Source: Acidobacteriota bacterium
Lineage (GTDB): Bacteria; Acidobacteriota; UBA6911; RPQK01; JADFOI01
Reading direction: 5' to 3'
Assembly (NCBI GenBank): GCA_963663035.1
Contig: OY760074.1
Span: 2,624,001-2,688,000 of the forward strand
DNA length: 64,000 bases
The position numbers were made by a program, and so were the translations under genes. Under the pieces are notes generated by a model that made no database searches, had not been told where the DNA came from, and saw only the letters and a program-made list of their open reading frames with translations. Positions 49,695-60,148 of the stretch are shown in pieces. The stretch's first letter is position 1; each line of letters opens with the position of its first letter.

Positions 49695-51863
49695 ATGAAA
49701 TTGTCCTTTGGCACCCGTTGTCTCATTTTCATCCTCTTTGCCGGGTGTTCCCAGCTCTTTTCTGCTCCCCAGGGAACGGTGGAGCGCGAGCTGCTGGCCG
49801 TTCGCGTCCAGGAACCTCCGGTTTTAGATGGCGTTCTGGACGAGGCCCTTTGGGACTCTGCCCAGAGTACGGAAGTCTTCAGGCAAAAAGAACCCACCGA
49901 AGGTCAAGACAGCTCGGAGCCCACCTCTGTGAAGGTCGTCTATACCGAGGACGCCTTGTTCATCGGTATCGTTTGCCTCGATTCCTCGCCTGCCGGGATT
50001 GTGCCTTCGGAACTCCGGAGGGATGGAGATCTCAACAAAGACGATAGTGTTTGGATTCTCCTGGATTCGTTCCACGATCACCGTAACGCCTTTCTCTTTG
50101 CCACCAATACACTGGGAACTCAGTACGATGCACTGGTGATCAACGAAGGGGAAGAAACCAACACAGGCTGGGATGAGGTGTGGACAGTGGCGTCCCATCG
50201 CAACGAAGAGGGGTGGAGCGCTGAATTTGAGATCCCCTTTGAGATTCTGAGGCTGGGAGGCTCGGATAACCTGGTTGGAATCGAATTTCAACGCGTGATC
50301 CGGCGCAAGAATGAGATTGTTTTTTGGAATTCATGGGAGCGGGATTTTCGATTCGAGGAAGTTTCGCGGGCCGGCCATCTGGCCGGACTGGAGAACTTTG
50401 AACTCGCTCACCCCTGGCGCATGAAGGGCTATCTTCTGGGCGGAGCCGGGGAAAGGGGTGACGCCGGCTGGGAGAACCGCTCGGATGTGGGCATCGACGA
50501 CCTGAAATGGAGAATGACTCCCACCCTCACTGCGGATATGACCCTGAACACGGATTTTGGCCAGGTCGAGGTGGATGCTCAGCAAGCCAACTTCTCCACT
50601 CCCCGCGACCAGCTCTTTTTCCCCGAAAAGAGGGAGTTTTTTCTGGAAGGAGCGGGATTTTTTGATGTCAGCGCCCGCACCGAGGAGAACCGATTCGAGT
50701 CCACCTTTCAGAACTTCTTCAGCCGCCGGATCGGCATTTCTGCTCAGGAGAACATCATCACACCCATCTGGGGGGGCGCCAAACTCACAGGCAGACTGGG
50801 CGGGGTGTCCATCGGGGCACTGAACATGCAGACCCAGGAGGAGGGGCTAACAGCCGGCAACAATTACAGCGTTTTTCGAATCCGCCAGGATCTCTTTTCC
50901 CGCTCCAGCATCGGGGGTATTTTTACCAACCGTTCCGGTGGCGGGAGTTTCAATCGGACCTCTGGGTTGGATACTCGCGTAATCTTGCTCGACAACGTGA
51001 CACTGGAGGGATTCTTTCTTCGTTCGAGCACACCAGGAGTCTCAGGAGAAGAGGATGCCTACCATGGCAAGGGGTACTGGAGAAGCGACTTGTGGGATCT
51101 CGGAGTGGGTCATTTGGTCCTGGAACCCAATTTCAATGCGGAGATGGGCTTTGTGACGCGCTCCAGCACCCGCAAGACGATCGGCGACATTGCCTTCAAA
51201 CCCCGCCCCCCCGTCAGCTGGCTCCGCCAGATTCAGCTGCGGGCCTTTTACGAATACTACGCAACTCCGGACAATAAAGTGACACAAAAGGTGATTCACT
51301 ATCCGATGCTGTTTCAATTTGAAAGTGGAGACAGCATACGAGTTGCACCACACTACCGGGCCGATCGTCTCTTTCAATCGATCGAACTGGCTCCCGGTGT
51401 TGTGGTGCCTCCCGGGGACTACGCTGGAACGAGTGTGTCCTTCCGCTATACCGTTGATCCCTCACGTCAGCTGGCCGGGGACGTCACTTACTTCTTTCAA
51501 ACCAACTATTTTGGAGGCAAACGCTGGTTCCTGCGTTTCATCCCTCAGTGGAAACCCACTCCTTCCCTGATCGTGGATCTGACCTACAATATGGACTCGA
51601 TCGAGGTGCCGATTGCCGAGAGGTTTTACAGCCATATCGTCAATCTGGGCGTGAACTATTCTCTGAGTACCCGCCTCTTGACCAGTACCATCGTTCAATA
51701 CAACAACACCCGTGAGATCAAAGGGATCAATTTCCGGCTAAACTACATCTACAGGCCCGGGGACGATTTCTTCCTGGTTTACAGAGATACCCGCAACGGG
51801 CTCAATCCCCAGTTCAGCGACCGAGCTTTCCTGGTCAAGTTCACGCGCTCCTTTGATTTCTGA
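49695..51863 (+). CDS. CBM9-like + DUF5916 outer-membrane protein
   Basis: LDGVLDEALW, GWSAEFEIPF, NTDFGQVEVD, FPEKREFFLEG; C-terminal Phe. Confidence 0.85.
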   Translation: MKLSFGTRCLIFILFAGCSQLFSAPQGTVERELLAVRVQEPPVLDGVLDEALWDSAQSTEVFRQKEPTEGQDSSEPTSVKVVYTEDALFIGIVCLDSSPAGIVPSELRRDGDLNKDDSVWILLDSFHDHRNAFLFATNTLGTQYDALVINEGEETNTGWDEVWTVASHRNEEGWSAEFEIPFEILRLGGSDNLVGIEFQRVIRRKNEIVFWNSWERDFRFEEVSRAGHLAGLENFELAHPWRMKGYLLGGAGERGDAGWENRSDVGIDDLKWRMTPTLTADMTLNTDFGQVEVDAQQANFSTPRDQLFFPEKREFFLEGAGFFDVSARTEENRFESTFQNFFSRRIGISAQENIITPIWGGAKLTGRLGGVSIGALNMQTQEEGLTAGNNYSVFRIRQDLFSRSSIGGIFTNRSGGGSFNRTSGLDTRVILLDNVTLEGFFLRSSTPGVSGEEDAYHGKGYWRSDLWDLGVGHLVLEPNFNAEMGFVTRSSTRKTIGDIAFKPRPPVSWLRQIQLRAFYEYYATPDNKVTQKVIHYPMLFQFESGDSIRVAPHYRADRLFQSIELAPGVVVPPGDYAGTSVSFRYTVDPSRQLAGDVTYFFQTNYFGGKRWFLRFIPQWKPTPSLIVDLTYNMDSIEVPIAERFYSHIVNLGVNYSLSTRLLTSTIVQYNNTREIKGINFRLNYIYRPGDDFFLVYRDTRNGLNPQFSDRAFLVKFTRSFDF

Positions 51864-52190
51864 GCTGCGTCTTCATTGGCCCATCAAAACACTTCTATTC
51901 CCAACGAAGTTGGTGAGTCATGGATTGCTTTTTTGCCCGTTTTAGGACATAGTGCACGACCGTTAGGAGCGTCCGTCAGCGATTTTCGAGCTGTATTGGT
52001 TGCAGCCTTTCTGATGCGAGACCTCCGCTATTGTGATGGTTTGGTGGGAGGTGGCCGTGAGCGAATCGTCTGCCCCTGCCCGATATTCCTGGGCATAGAG
52101 AGAGACAATCAGTCCAGGGCCGTACCAGGGTGTCCGGCCCTGGACCTATAAATTCAAACTTTTCCGGGGGAACCCCTGATCGGAACAACA

Positions 52191-53261
52191 TTGCCTTCGA
52201 CAACCGAACAGCAAGTCGGGCCCGACTTCAGCTTCAAAGAACTCCGTGGCCGGATCCACGCCTGCCTCGAAGAAAACGATCTTCAACTCAAAGGATCCTG
52301 GGGCATGTGTCGCAAGGCCATTTTCATCGCCACCAGCTGGATCCTGGTTTATTCCACCATCATGACCTACGGGCCGGAGTCGTTCTGGCTCGCTGCCCCC
52401 CTGACCTTGGTCCTGGTCGTGTTCACTCTGGCAATGGAACTCGGGGTCATGCACGATGCCAGTCACCGGGCGTTCTCCCGTAGCCATGTTCTCAACAACA
52501 TCGCCAACCTGACGCTCACATTCATGGGTGGTTCAACGATCGTCTGGTACCACGACCACGTCATTTCCCACCACGGACACACGAACATTCCCGGGAAGGA
52601 CCCGGATATCCACACCAACGGGATTTTCCGATTCTCACCGAGTGATCAGTACAGGTGGTACCACCGCTTCCAGCACCTGTATGCTGTGCCGCTCTACTGC
52701 ACGAAGGCCTTGGTCTGGATTTGGTACGAAGACATGAACATACTTGCGACAAACAAGTACAAGCTGCGCGGCAAGCGTCTCTTCATGCTCTTTGTGGAAA
52801 TCTTAGCTTCGCGCACCAGCCACATCATGCTGTTTATCCTCGTGCCCTATTTTTTCTTCCAAAGCTGGGCATGGACTGCCGCCTTCTACCTCTCTCACTG
52901 GCTTCTGTTTAGCATCAGCATGGTGTTGATCTTTGAAGTCGCGCACGTCGCCAACTGCCAGGAGTTCTTTCCCGAGCAGGACAAGTTGGAGATGGACTGG
53001 GCGCTCCACCAACTGTTGACGACCGCGAACTTCAAGACCAACGCCTTCATGGTCTGGCTCGTCGGTGGGCTCAACCAGCAGATTGAGCACCACATTTTCC
53101 CGACGATGACCAGTATCCATTACCCCTTGATACGGCCCATCGTCATGGACTACGCCAAAGAGCACGGCGTTCCGTATCTCGAGTATCCGAAGTTCCGCGC
53201 GTCACTCGCCGCCCATTTTCGGCACCTCAAGAACCTGTCGAAACGACCTGCGGCCGCTTGA
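52191..53261 (+). CDS. Membrane fatty acid desaturase
   Basis: His boxes HDASH, HVISHH, QIEHHIFP. Confidence 0.92.
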   Translation: MPSTTEQQVGPDFSFKELRGRIHACLEENDLQLKGSWGMCRKAIFIATSWILVYSTIMTYGPESFWLAAPLTLVLVVFTLAMELGVMHDASHRAFSRSHVLNNIANLTLTFMGGSTIVWYHDHVISHHGHTNIPGKDPDIHTNGIFRFSPSDQYRWYHRFQHLYAVPLYCTKALVWIWYEDMNILATNKYKLRGKRLFMLFVEILASRTSHIMLFILVPYFFFQSWAWTAAFYLSHWLLFSISMVLIFEVAHVANCQEFFPEQDKLEMDWALHQLLTTANFKTNAFMVWLVGGLNQQIEHHIFPTMTSIHYPLIRPIVMDYAKEHGVPYLEYPKFRASLAAHFRHLKNLSKRPAAA

Positions 53262-53366
53262 GCAATCGCTCTTGAAGAGGAAATCGCCTCCGAGATCTGC
53301 TCCTACGATCTGACAAAGTCCGATCTGGGCATCTATTGCACGGGGTGGGTGTTTCACCCGTCCCAA

Positions 53367-53464
53367 CCTGAAAATCCTAACCCTATGCTTGGTACAGTTT
53401 TCCGGGGCAGGTCAGTGGTCCCAGGTCTAACTTAGAAGGTGGACTCGTTCGTGGGGGCGGGTCA
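53367..53464. mobile_element. Two stacked IS3 end remnants
   Basis: Minus strand 53464-53415 TGACCCGCCCCCACGAACGAGTCCACC... resembles the right end of the resident IS3. 53414-53367 TGACCTGCCCC...GTTAGGATTTTC resembles a left end. Confidence 0.8.
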
Positions 53465-53866
53465 CTCTTGATTATTTTTGAACCACCTTCGCATGGCTTC
53501 TTCGCCTTCATGGCCAAACGGCGGATTGCCAAAGTCATGCGCCAAGCCAACAGCGCTGAGCAGCGCTGGAATACTTCTCTCCGGAGACTCCACTCCTTCA
53601 AACAAGCCCTTGTGTTCAAAGGCAAGCTCCGAACCAATGTCTCGCGCTAACGTGGAAACTTCGAGGGAGTGAGTCAACCTCGTTCGAATGCTATCATTAC
53701 GTTCTAATGGGAAGACTTGTGTTTTATCTGCCAACCTCCTTGTAGGTGTCGAGAAAAGAAGCCGATCGTAATCACGTTCGAATTCCGTTCCTATTCGCCC
53801 CAGTATTTTTACAGTTGATCTTCTCTTTTGTCTTCGTGCTTCATTTAAAAGGCCTGTCCACTCCAT
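53462..53866 (-). pseudogene. dgt: dGTPase (dNTP triphosphohydrolase) N-terminal fragment
   Basis: RDYDR, RRLADKTQVF, RTRLTHSLEV, AHDFGNPPFGH; cut at 134 aa by the TGA of the IS end. Confidence 0.88.
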
Positions 53867-54264
53867 CCCTATAACTCGATTCTGTGGGTCTCCTGCCTAG
53901 CTTCGCCGGCAATCTGCCCATTTGAGAGGTTCTTGAAACCTTCCTAGTATTAGAATACAGTCAAAGAACCTCAAATACATTCTTGGCATAGATTGGAACT
54001 CTTCTCCGTTTTTTTACCAGAGTTCTTTCCCGGCTCCGTGATTAGTCGGGGATTCGTGGGACCTCGCTCATTCTGTCCCACCCTGCCGAACTGGCACTCA
54101 CACCCTCGAGAGATCTGGACCCCTGACTTATCTCCACTACAGAGACACCAGGTGAACGATATTCAGGCATCTGTTACTAAGATCCATGCAGTCTCTTTCT
54201 CGTTTTGCGTGATAGCAGGATGTTTTTTCACACCATCTCCCAAAAAAACTTCCTCATGAAGACC

Positions 54265-55457
54265 TCAACTCGGTTCTATAACTTCGTAGAATCTCGCCAT
54301 CCAATAGGGCAAGATGAAGTCGATACCCGCTTCCTGGACGATTCCTGTACCGCCTCCGAAAAGCTGGAACGGACTGCGCTGCCATAGAAAGTCGGTGGTC
54401 ACGCGCCGCTCCACCGGGATCGCCTCGCAGGCCCGATCCGGTTGGCCGCAAGAGGGGAACTCATCTCTCAAGTCGACGAATTCGTCTCGGAGTGGCCTAA
54501 GAAGCCAGCCTCAAGCAGAGCACGTGTCTCGGTGTCCCGTTTACTGTTGGGCCCCTTGAGCACACGGTCGAGCATGTTGAAGTGGGCGTTTCCGTGATCA
54601 TCCGTGGTACGACGAAGGACTTTGTATGCCCTCATATACTTTCGGCGATACCAGCTGAGAAAGAAGGAACTCTCTTCGAGGCGAATCAGGTTAAAGAGGT
54701 TGATGGTATCCAGGTTGAATTTGAAGTATGAATTATGATCGTCCAGCACCTCGAACGCGATGGGAAGAATCACGAAAGCGGAATGCTTTCTGCGTTCGCT
54801 TTTGTAAGTGTCACTGAACCGGCTGGGGTTGACGCGCCGCCCCACCTGAAGGAAGGACAATCTCTGATCAGGCCGGTGTAAAAAGACGGTACTGAGCTTG
54901 CCGTTGGGCATGAACACGACCCAGTGGTGTTTCAAGAGGAATTCGAGTAATCGTGTGACTAGATTTTTTACTCCAGAGCGCACCTCTGAATCGTCCACCC
55001 TGTCATAGGCGACCCCCAGGCCGAAGAAGACACCCGAGTATTGATCGCGTGAGGTGTTGCCGATCCAGTGATACTCACGATCCCCTAACGTTCCCGGAAA
55101 GACACCGTGTCCCCCCTCTTCCTTGGTGATGTCGTCAGCGTAGGGAGAATCGATCGGCACCAGGGCACGTGCCAAAACATCGTTTCCAGAAATATCGACC
55201 AGGGAGCGAACCCCAGCCAGCGCGCGCTTGACCACTTCAAGATCCTCTTGGGAACGGGTGACGGCGTAGCGGTATGCCTCCGCCGCCAAGTAGTGGCCGG
55301 TCCATATAGCGGAGTCGCCTGCTCGAGTATAGGTCACGAGTTGGTCGCTATCGGGAGCTGCAAACATCGCCCCCAAAATGGTTCCGTGGGGCAGGTGTTG
55401 CTCCTGGATCCGCTGGGAGATGGCGAGGGCAGCGTCCTTCAGTTCTTGCGGCGTCAT
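54265..55457 (-). pseudogene. Conserved hypothetical protein with 1-nt deletion
   Basis: GDSAIWTGHY, NTSRDQYSG. At about 54508 continues in another frame as WLLRPLRDEF...TDFLWQRSPF...IDFILPYWMAR. Confidence 0.7.
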
Positions 55458-55666
55458 CTGAACTTCGCCTCTAGCAGTGCCATGAGGAAAGTTTCCCATA
55501 TTTCTTCTCTTTTTAATAGGATCAATCCCGCTCCATCCTCACTTTGGCAGAGTGAGATTGTAAGATGGGAGGGTTGCTAGTGACGAGAAAAGTTCTACTG
55601 AAGCAATCTGTTGTCCCTGAGTTCAGCTGCCCACAGTTCGTCGTTTACTGGACAGACTGATTAAAG

Positions 55667-55767
55667 GTGAGGCTTCCGATTGTTCTGGCCCACGGTATCG
55701 CCCCTTTTGACGAGATCTACCAGACCTTTGCCAAGGGTTTTCGCTACTTCCTGGGATCGATCGGCTT
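55667..55767 (+). pseudogene. Lipase/alpha-beta hydrolase N-terminal stub truncated by IS3
   Basis: RLPIVLAHGIAPFD oxyanion-type motif; runs into the IS end. Confidence 0.6.
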
Positions 55768-57034
55768 TGACCTGCCCCCACGAACGAGTCCACCCTCTAT
55801 GCTAGACCCGGGACCATTTGAAGTCCACTCCAAGGGATTGGATCCAGTGCCTGCGACCTAGGTAGTTTGGCCTCTGGCGCCGGCGGCCGATAGGCCAAGG
55901 CGCTGTGAGGCCGGATCTGATTGTAATCCCTCCGCCAGCGTTCTACCAACACCTTGGCTTCCCCCAGCGTGTCGAAGATCTCCATGTTCAGCAGCTCATC
56001 CCGTAGTTTCCCGTTGAAACTCTCAATGTACCCATTCTCCCAGGGGCTGCCCGGCTCGATGTACAAGGTCCTTACCCCAACAGCCTGCAGCCAGTCCCGG
56101 ACCGCCTGTGCCGTAAACTCCGATCCGTTATCGGACCGGATAAACTCAGGCACTCCCCGATCAACGAATAACTCCGCCAGCCGGTCCAACACGTCTTGGT
56201 GATTCATCTGCCGTTTCACATCAATGGCGAGGCACTCTCTGGTGTACTCATCCAGGATCGTCAATAGCCGAAAGGCTCGCCCATCATGGGTCCGTTCATG
56301 CACGAAATCATAGCTCCAGACGTGGTTCTTGCGAGCCGCTCGTAACCGAACACAGGAACCGTCATTAAGCCACAGCCTCCTTCGTTTCGGCTGTCTGGAC
56401 GGGACTTTCAGCCCTTCTTGTCTCCACAGCCTCTCCACCCGCTTAGGATTCACCTTCCACCCTTCCCCATGAAGTATCGCCGTGACCCGCCGGTAGCCAT
56501 AACGCCCGTATTGCGTAGCCAACTCCACCATCCGGGCCACCAATCGGGCCTCATCATCGGGAATTTGCCTTTCCCTTCGCTGGGTCGATCGAACCTGTCC
56601 CAGCACTTGGCAGGCCCGACGTTCGGAGACTCGCTCTGCTCCTAATCGCTCTCGTACCCACATCACCGCTCGTCTCCTGTTCGCCGGGCCTAGAAGTTTC
56701 CCGAGGACACTTCCTTCAGGATCTGCTTGTCCAAAGACAGATCCGCCACCAGCTTCTTCAACCGGGTATTCTCCTTCTCCAACACCTTCAACCTCTTGGC
56801 CTGGTCCAACCGGAGCCCTCCGTACTCTTTGCGCCACCGGTAGTAGGTCTGCTCGCTCACCCCCATCTGCTTCGACACCTGTCCCACCCTCTGTCCTTGG
56901 GCCAGACCCACCTCTGCCTCACGCAGCTTCATGATGATCTGTTCTGCCCTAAACCGCTTCCCTGCCATCCTTGCCTCCTTCCTAAACCGGAAATCCTAAC
57001 ATTCAAACTGGACTCGTTTTAGGGGGCAAGGTCA
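55768..57034 (-). mobile_element. IS3-family insertion sequence, copy 2 (orfA 56690-56968, orfB ending 55797)
   Basis: Same ends and length as copy 1; two amino-acid differences seen; no target duplication (GCTT vs GTTG). Confidence 0.95.
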
Positions 57035-58135
57035 GTTGGCCTCATAAACAATCTGGCTGCCATCGGGTGATACCGCCACAAGCGGGCGCGAGCCGTTCGA
57101 AAACACCTGGTCTTCGGGGAGCTCATGATAGAAGCGAGCAGTTAGGGGCTGTAGGTCTGTCGGCTTCAGGTTCCAGACAGCAACGCCAGTGATCACAGCT
57201 AAGACTAGGGCTGCAACCCACGGCAGTATGTGTCGCTGCGGTGCCTGGACGGCATCCGCGTCTGGTTGGGTCAACTGCTCAACGGGATCGGCCAGATATT
57301 CCTGCAAGGTAATGCGGACATCCCCAATGGCCTGAAGTCGCAGCGTTGGATCTTTGCGCAGGCACCGCTCTAAAAGATCTCGAAGACGGGGTGAAAGGTC
57401 CGCCGGAAGTTTCTCCCAGTTGGGTTCATGGCTGAGTACGTGGGCCAGAACCAGTGAGACATCTTCAGCCTCAAAGGCACGTGTTCCAGACAGCATCTCG
57501 AAAAGGACAACACCGATGGCCCAAATGTCAGCACGCCGGTCGGTTGGTTTGCCTCTGGCCTGCTCAGGACTCATATAGGCGGCAGTGCCCAGGATGACCC
57601 CCGCCTGGGTGGCCGCATTGGTCAGTGTCGGGGATTGGGAGAGGCTTGAGGCGGGCAGCTCAGCCTCCAGTGCTTTGGCTAAACCAAAATCCAGAATCTT
57701 GACCTGGCCTTCCGGAGTAATCTTGATGTTCGCAGGCTTGAGGTCTCGATGAATCACACCCTTCTCATGGGCAGCCTCCACTCCCTCTGTAATTTGAAGG
57801 GCGATCTTGAGGGCTTCCTCAAGCGGGATCGGTCCCTGGGAAATTCTTTCCGCCAGGGTGGGGCCTTCGATGAGCTGGAGAATCAGGGCCTTGGTCTGGC
57901 CAGCGTCTTCAATCCCGTAAATCTGCCCGATGTTGGGATGATCCAGGGAGGCCAGCACTTCCGCTTCCCGCTGGAACCTGCCCATCCGCTGGGGATCCGA
58001 AGCGAACTGCTCGGGCAGGATCTTGAGCGCCACGTCCCGGTTCAGCTTGGTGTCGGTGGCCCGGTAGACCTCACCCATGCCGCCCTGGCCGATCTTTTCG
58101 ATGACCTTGTAATGGCTAATGGTCGTGCCGAGCAT
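57032..58135 (-). pseudogene. Hanks-type Ser/Thr kinase truncated by IS3
   Basis: IGQGGMGEVY, VALK, HRDLKPAN, DFG, YMSPE, TM; stops at first AVSPDGSQIVY propeller blade on the TGA of the IS. Confidence 0.85.
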
Positions 58136-58160
58136 GGAGCTCCCCCTCTCCGTGATTCAA

Positions 58161-60074
58161 CTACTCGGGCAGCGCGAAGGCGATCAGGGCTTGATCCTCG
58201 GGCGGGCTGGGGGTGTCGACCGAGGAGGCCCCGGACGCCGTTACTGCCACGTACTGCCTTCCGTCTTTGCCCAGATAGGTTATGGGTATGGCGCGCGCGC
58301 TCATGTCGATCTTGGTGACCCAGAGCTCCTGGCCCGTCTTGGAGTCAAAGGCGCGAAAGCGCCGGTCGTTGGTGGCGCCGATAAAGACCAGGCCTGCCGC
58401 TGTGGTCATGGGCCCGCCAAAACTTATCCGGCCGGTTTTCTGTTTGTCCTCAGGCAGCTCCTCGGAAATGCCCAAAACGACCTTCCAGGCAATGTCTCCG
58501 GTGGCAGCGTTGACCGCCAGCAGGTGCCCCCAGGGCGGTTTGTTACACAGCCAGGCATCCTCACCCGAATTCATGATGTTGCCGCGGGCCGGATCTCCTT
58601 CGGACCAGTGAAATCGCGAGGTGGGACCGAAGATGCTGTTGCGCCGATAGGGGGAGCGGGCCTCCTCGTTGGGATTCTCTTCAACCCAGCCGATGCTGGC
58701 TTCATCCGAGGTGTTGACAAAGAAGTAGCCCAGGGTTGGGTCGGCTGCGGTACCACCCCAGTTGGCACCACCCGTGGAGCCGGGGAAAAGGACGATCGAG
58801 CGGGGCGGGGCGCCCTCTGCACGGTAGACATAGGGCGTGTACGGCCCTGAGTTGAGGACACCGCCGCTTCGCTCCACCAGCTCACGGCAGAAGCGGGCGT
58901 GCTCCTCGGTCGTATCCTCTGCCGTGACCAGGTCTTGCGGGCTGTAGCTCATCTTGGAGATGGGGGGTGGTTTGACCGGAATGGGTTGGGTGGGCGAGGT
59001 CCACTCACCCGGGGCATCGCTCTTTGGAACCGCCACCTCCTCGATGCCGAAAACCGGCTCACCCGTCTCCCGGTTCAAGATGTACATGTAACCTGTCTTG
59101 GCAACCAGGGCCAGGAGAGGAACCACTTCTCCATCGATGGTGACATCCATCAGTCCCGGCGGTGCCGACAGGTCGTAATCCCAGATATCGTGGTGCACCG
59201 CCTGGAAGTGCCACTTGCGCTCCCCGGTGGTGATGTCCAGCGCTACCAGAGAGTTGGCAAAGAGGTTGTTGCCGGGGCGATTCCCTCCCCAGTAGTCGTG
59301 GGGTCCCGCACTCTCGAAAACCGTATAGAGAAGGCCGCGCTGGGCATCCATGGTCATGGAAAAGCCCCAATGATAGGCGTTGGTTCGTTTGGACGGGTCG
59401 TCGTCCAGCCAGGTTTCGTCGCCGGGTTGGCCCGCTTGAGGCAGCGCGAGAAACTCCCACACCTCTGCTCCGGTGACGGCATCGAAGGCGCGCACGCCAC
59501 CCGGGGCACTGTTGGAACCCACCACCAGGAGGTTTCCATACAAAAAAGGCGCCCCCTGGTAGGAGGCAGCCATGGTCTTTTTACCTCCATCGCTGAATCC
59601 AACGGCAAGCTCTCCAGTCCGGGCCCCCAAACCGATCAACTTCTCATTGGCGGTAAAAAAGATTCGAGCTGGACGCTCGCCATCGCCCGGCCAGTAGGCC
59701 AAGCCGCGTCGGGAAGGTGGGTCATCACCATCCAATTGGTAACGCCAGATCTCCTGCCCGGTCTCGGGTTCCAGGGCCACCACACGATCGGCGGCCGTTA
59801 TGTACATCACGCCATCGATCACCAGTGGTGTGGATTCGGAACCACCGGACAAGGCGCCGGTCGTGGCATTTTCACCCAGCCTGTAGGTCCAGACCAGCTC
59901 CAGGTCAGCCACGTTGGAGGGTTTGATCTGGTCCAGGGGCGAATAGCGGGTACCGGCAAGGTCGCGGTTGAACATGGGCCATTCCCCGGCACTGGTTTGG
60001 GCCTGAGAGACGGCACAAGAAAGGCCCACAAGCATGGCCAGGCCAAGCCAGGGCGCTTGAGGTAAAATCCTCAC
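58161..60074 (-). CDS. PQQ-dependent glucose/quinate dehydrogenase family protein
   Basis: RYSPLDQI, HHDIWDYD, GGANWGG, PPWG, GLVFIG, GRQYV. Confidence 0.9.
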   Translation of the reverse strand: MRILPQAPWLGLAMLVGLSCAVSQAQTSAGEWPMFNRDLAGTRYSPLDQIKPSNVADLELVWTYRLGENATTGALSGGSESTPLVIDGVMYITAADRVVALEPETGQEIWRYQLDGDDPPSRRGLAYWPGDGERPARIFFTANEKLIGLGARTGELAVGFSDGGKKTMAASYQGAPFLYGNLLVVGSNSAPGGVRAFDAVTGAEVWEFLALPQAGQPGDETWLDDDPSKRTNAYHWGFSMTMDAQRGLLYTVFESAGPHDYWGGNRPGNNLFANSLVALDITTGERKWHFQAVHHDIWDYDLSAPPGLMDVTIDGEVVPLLALVAKTGYMYILNRETGEPVFGIEEVAVPKSDAPGEWTSPTQPIPVKPPPISKMSYSPQDLVTAEDTTEEHARFCRELVERSGGVLNSGPYTPYVYRAEGAPPRSIVLFPGSTGGANWGGTAADPTLGYFFVNTSDEASIGWVEENPNEEARSPYRRNSIFGPTSRFHWSEGDPARGNIMNSGEDAWLCNKPPWGHLLAVNAATGDIAWKVVLGISEELPEDKQKTGRISFGGPMTTAAGLVFIGATNDRRFRAFDSKTGQELWVTKIDMSARAIPITYLGKDGRQYVAVTASGASSVDTPSPPEDQALIAFALPE

Positions 60075-60148
60075 TGTTTCTCCCCCTTAAGCGATTGGTG
60101 CAAAGACAAACTTATTCGTGGCCTGAGGCCCCTCCCACGCTCTGTTTT

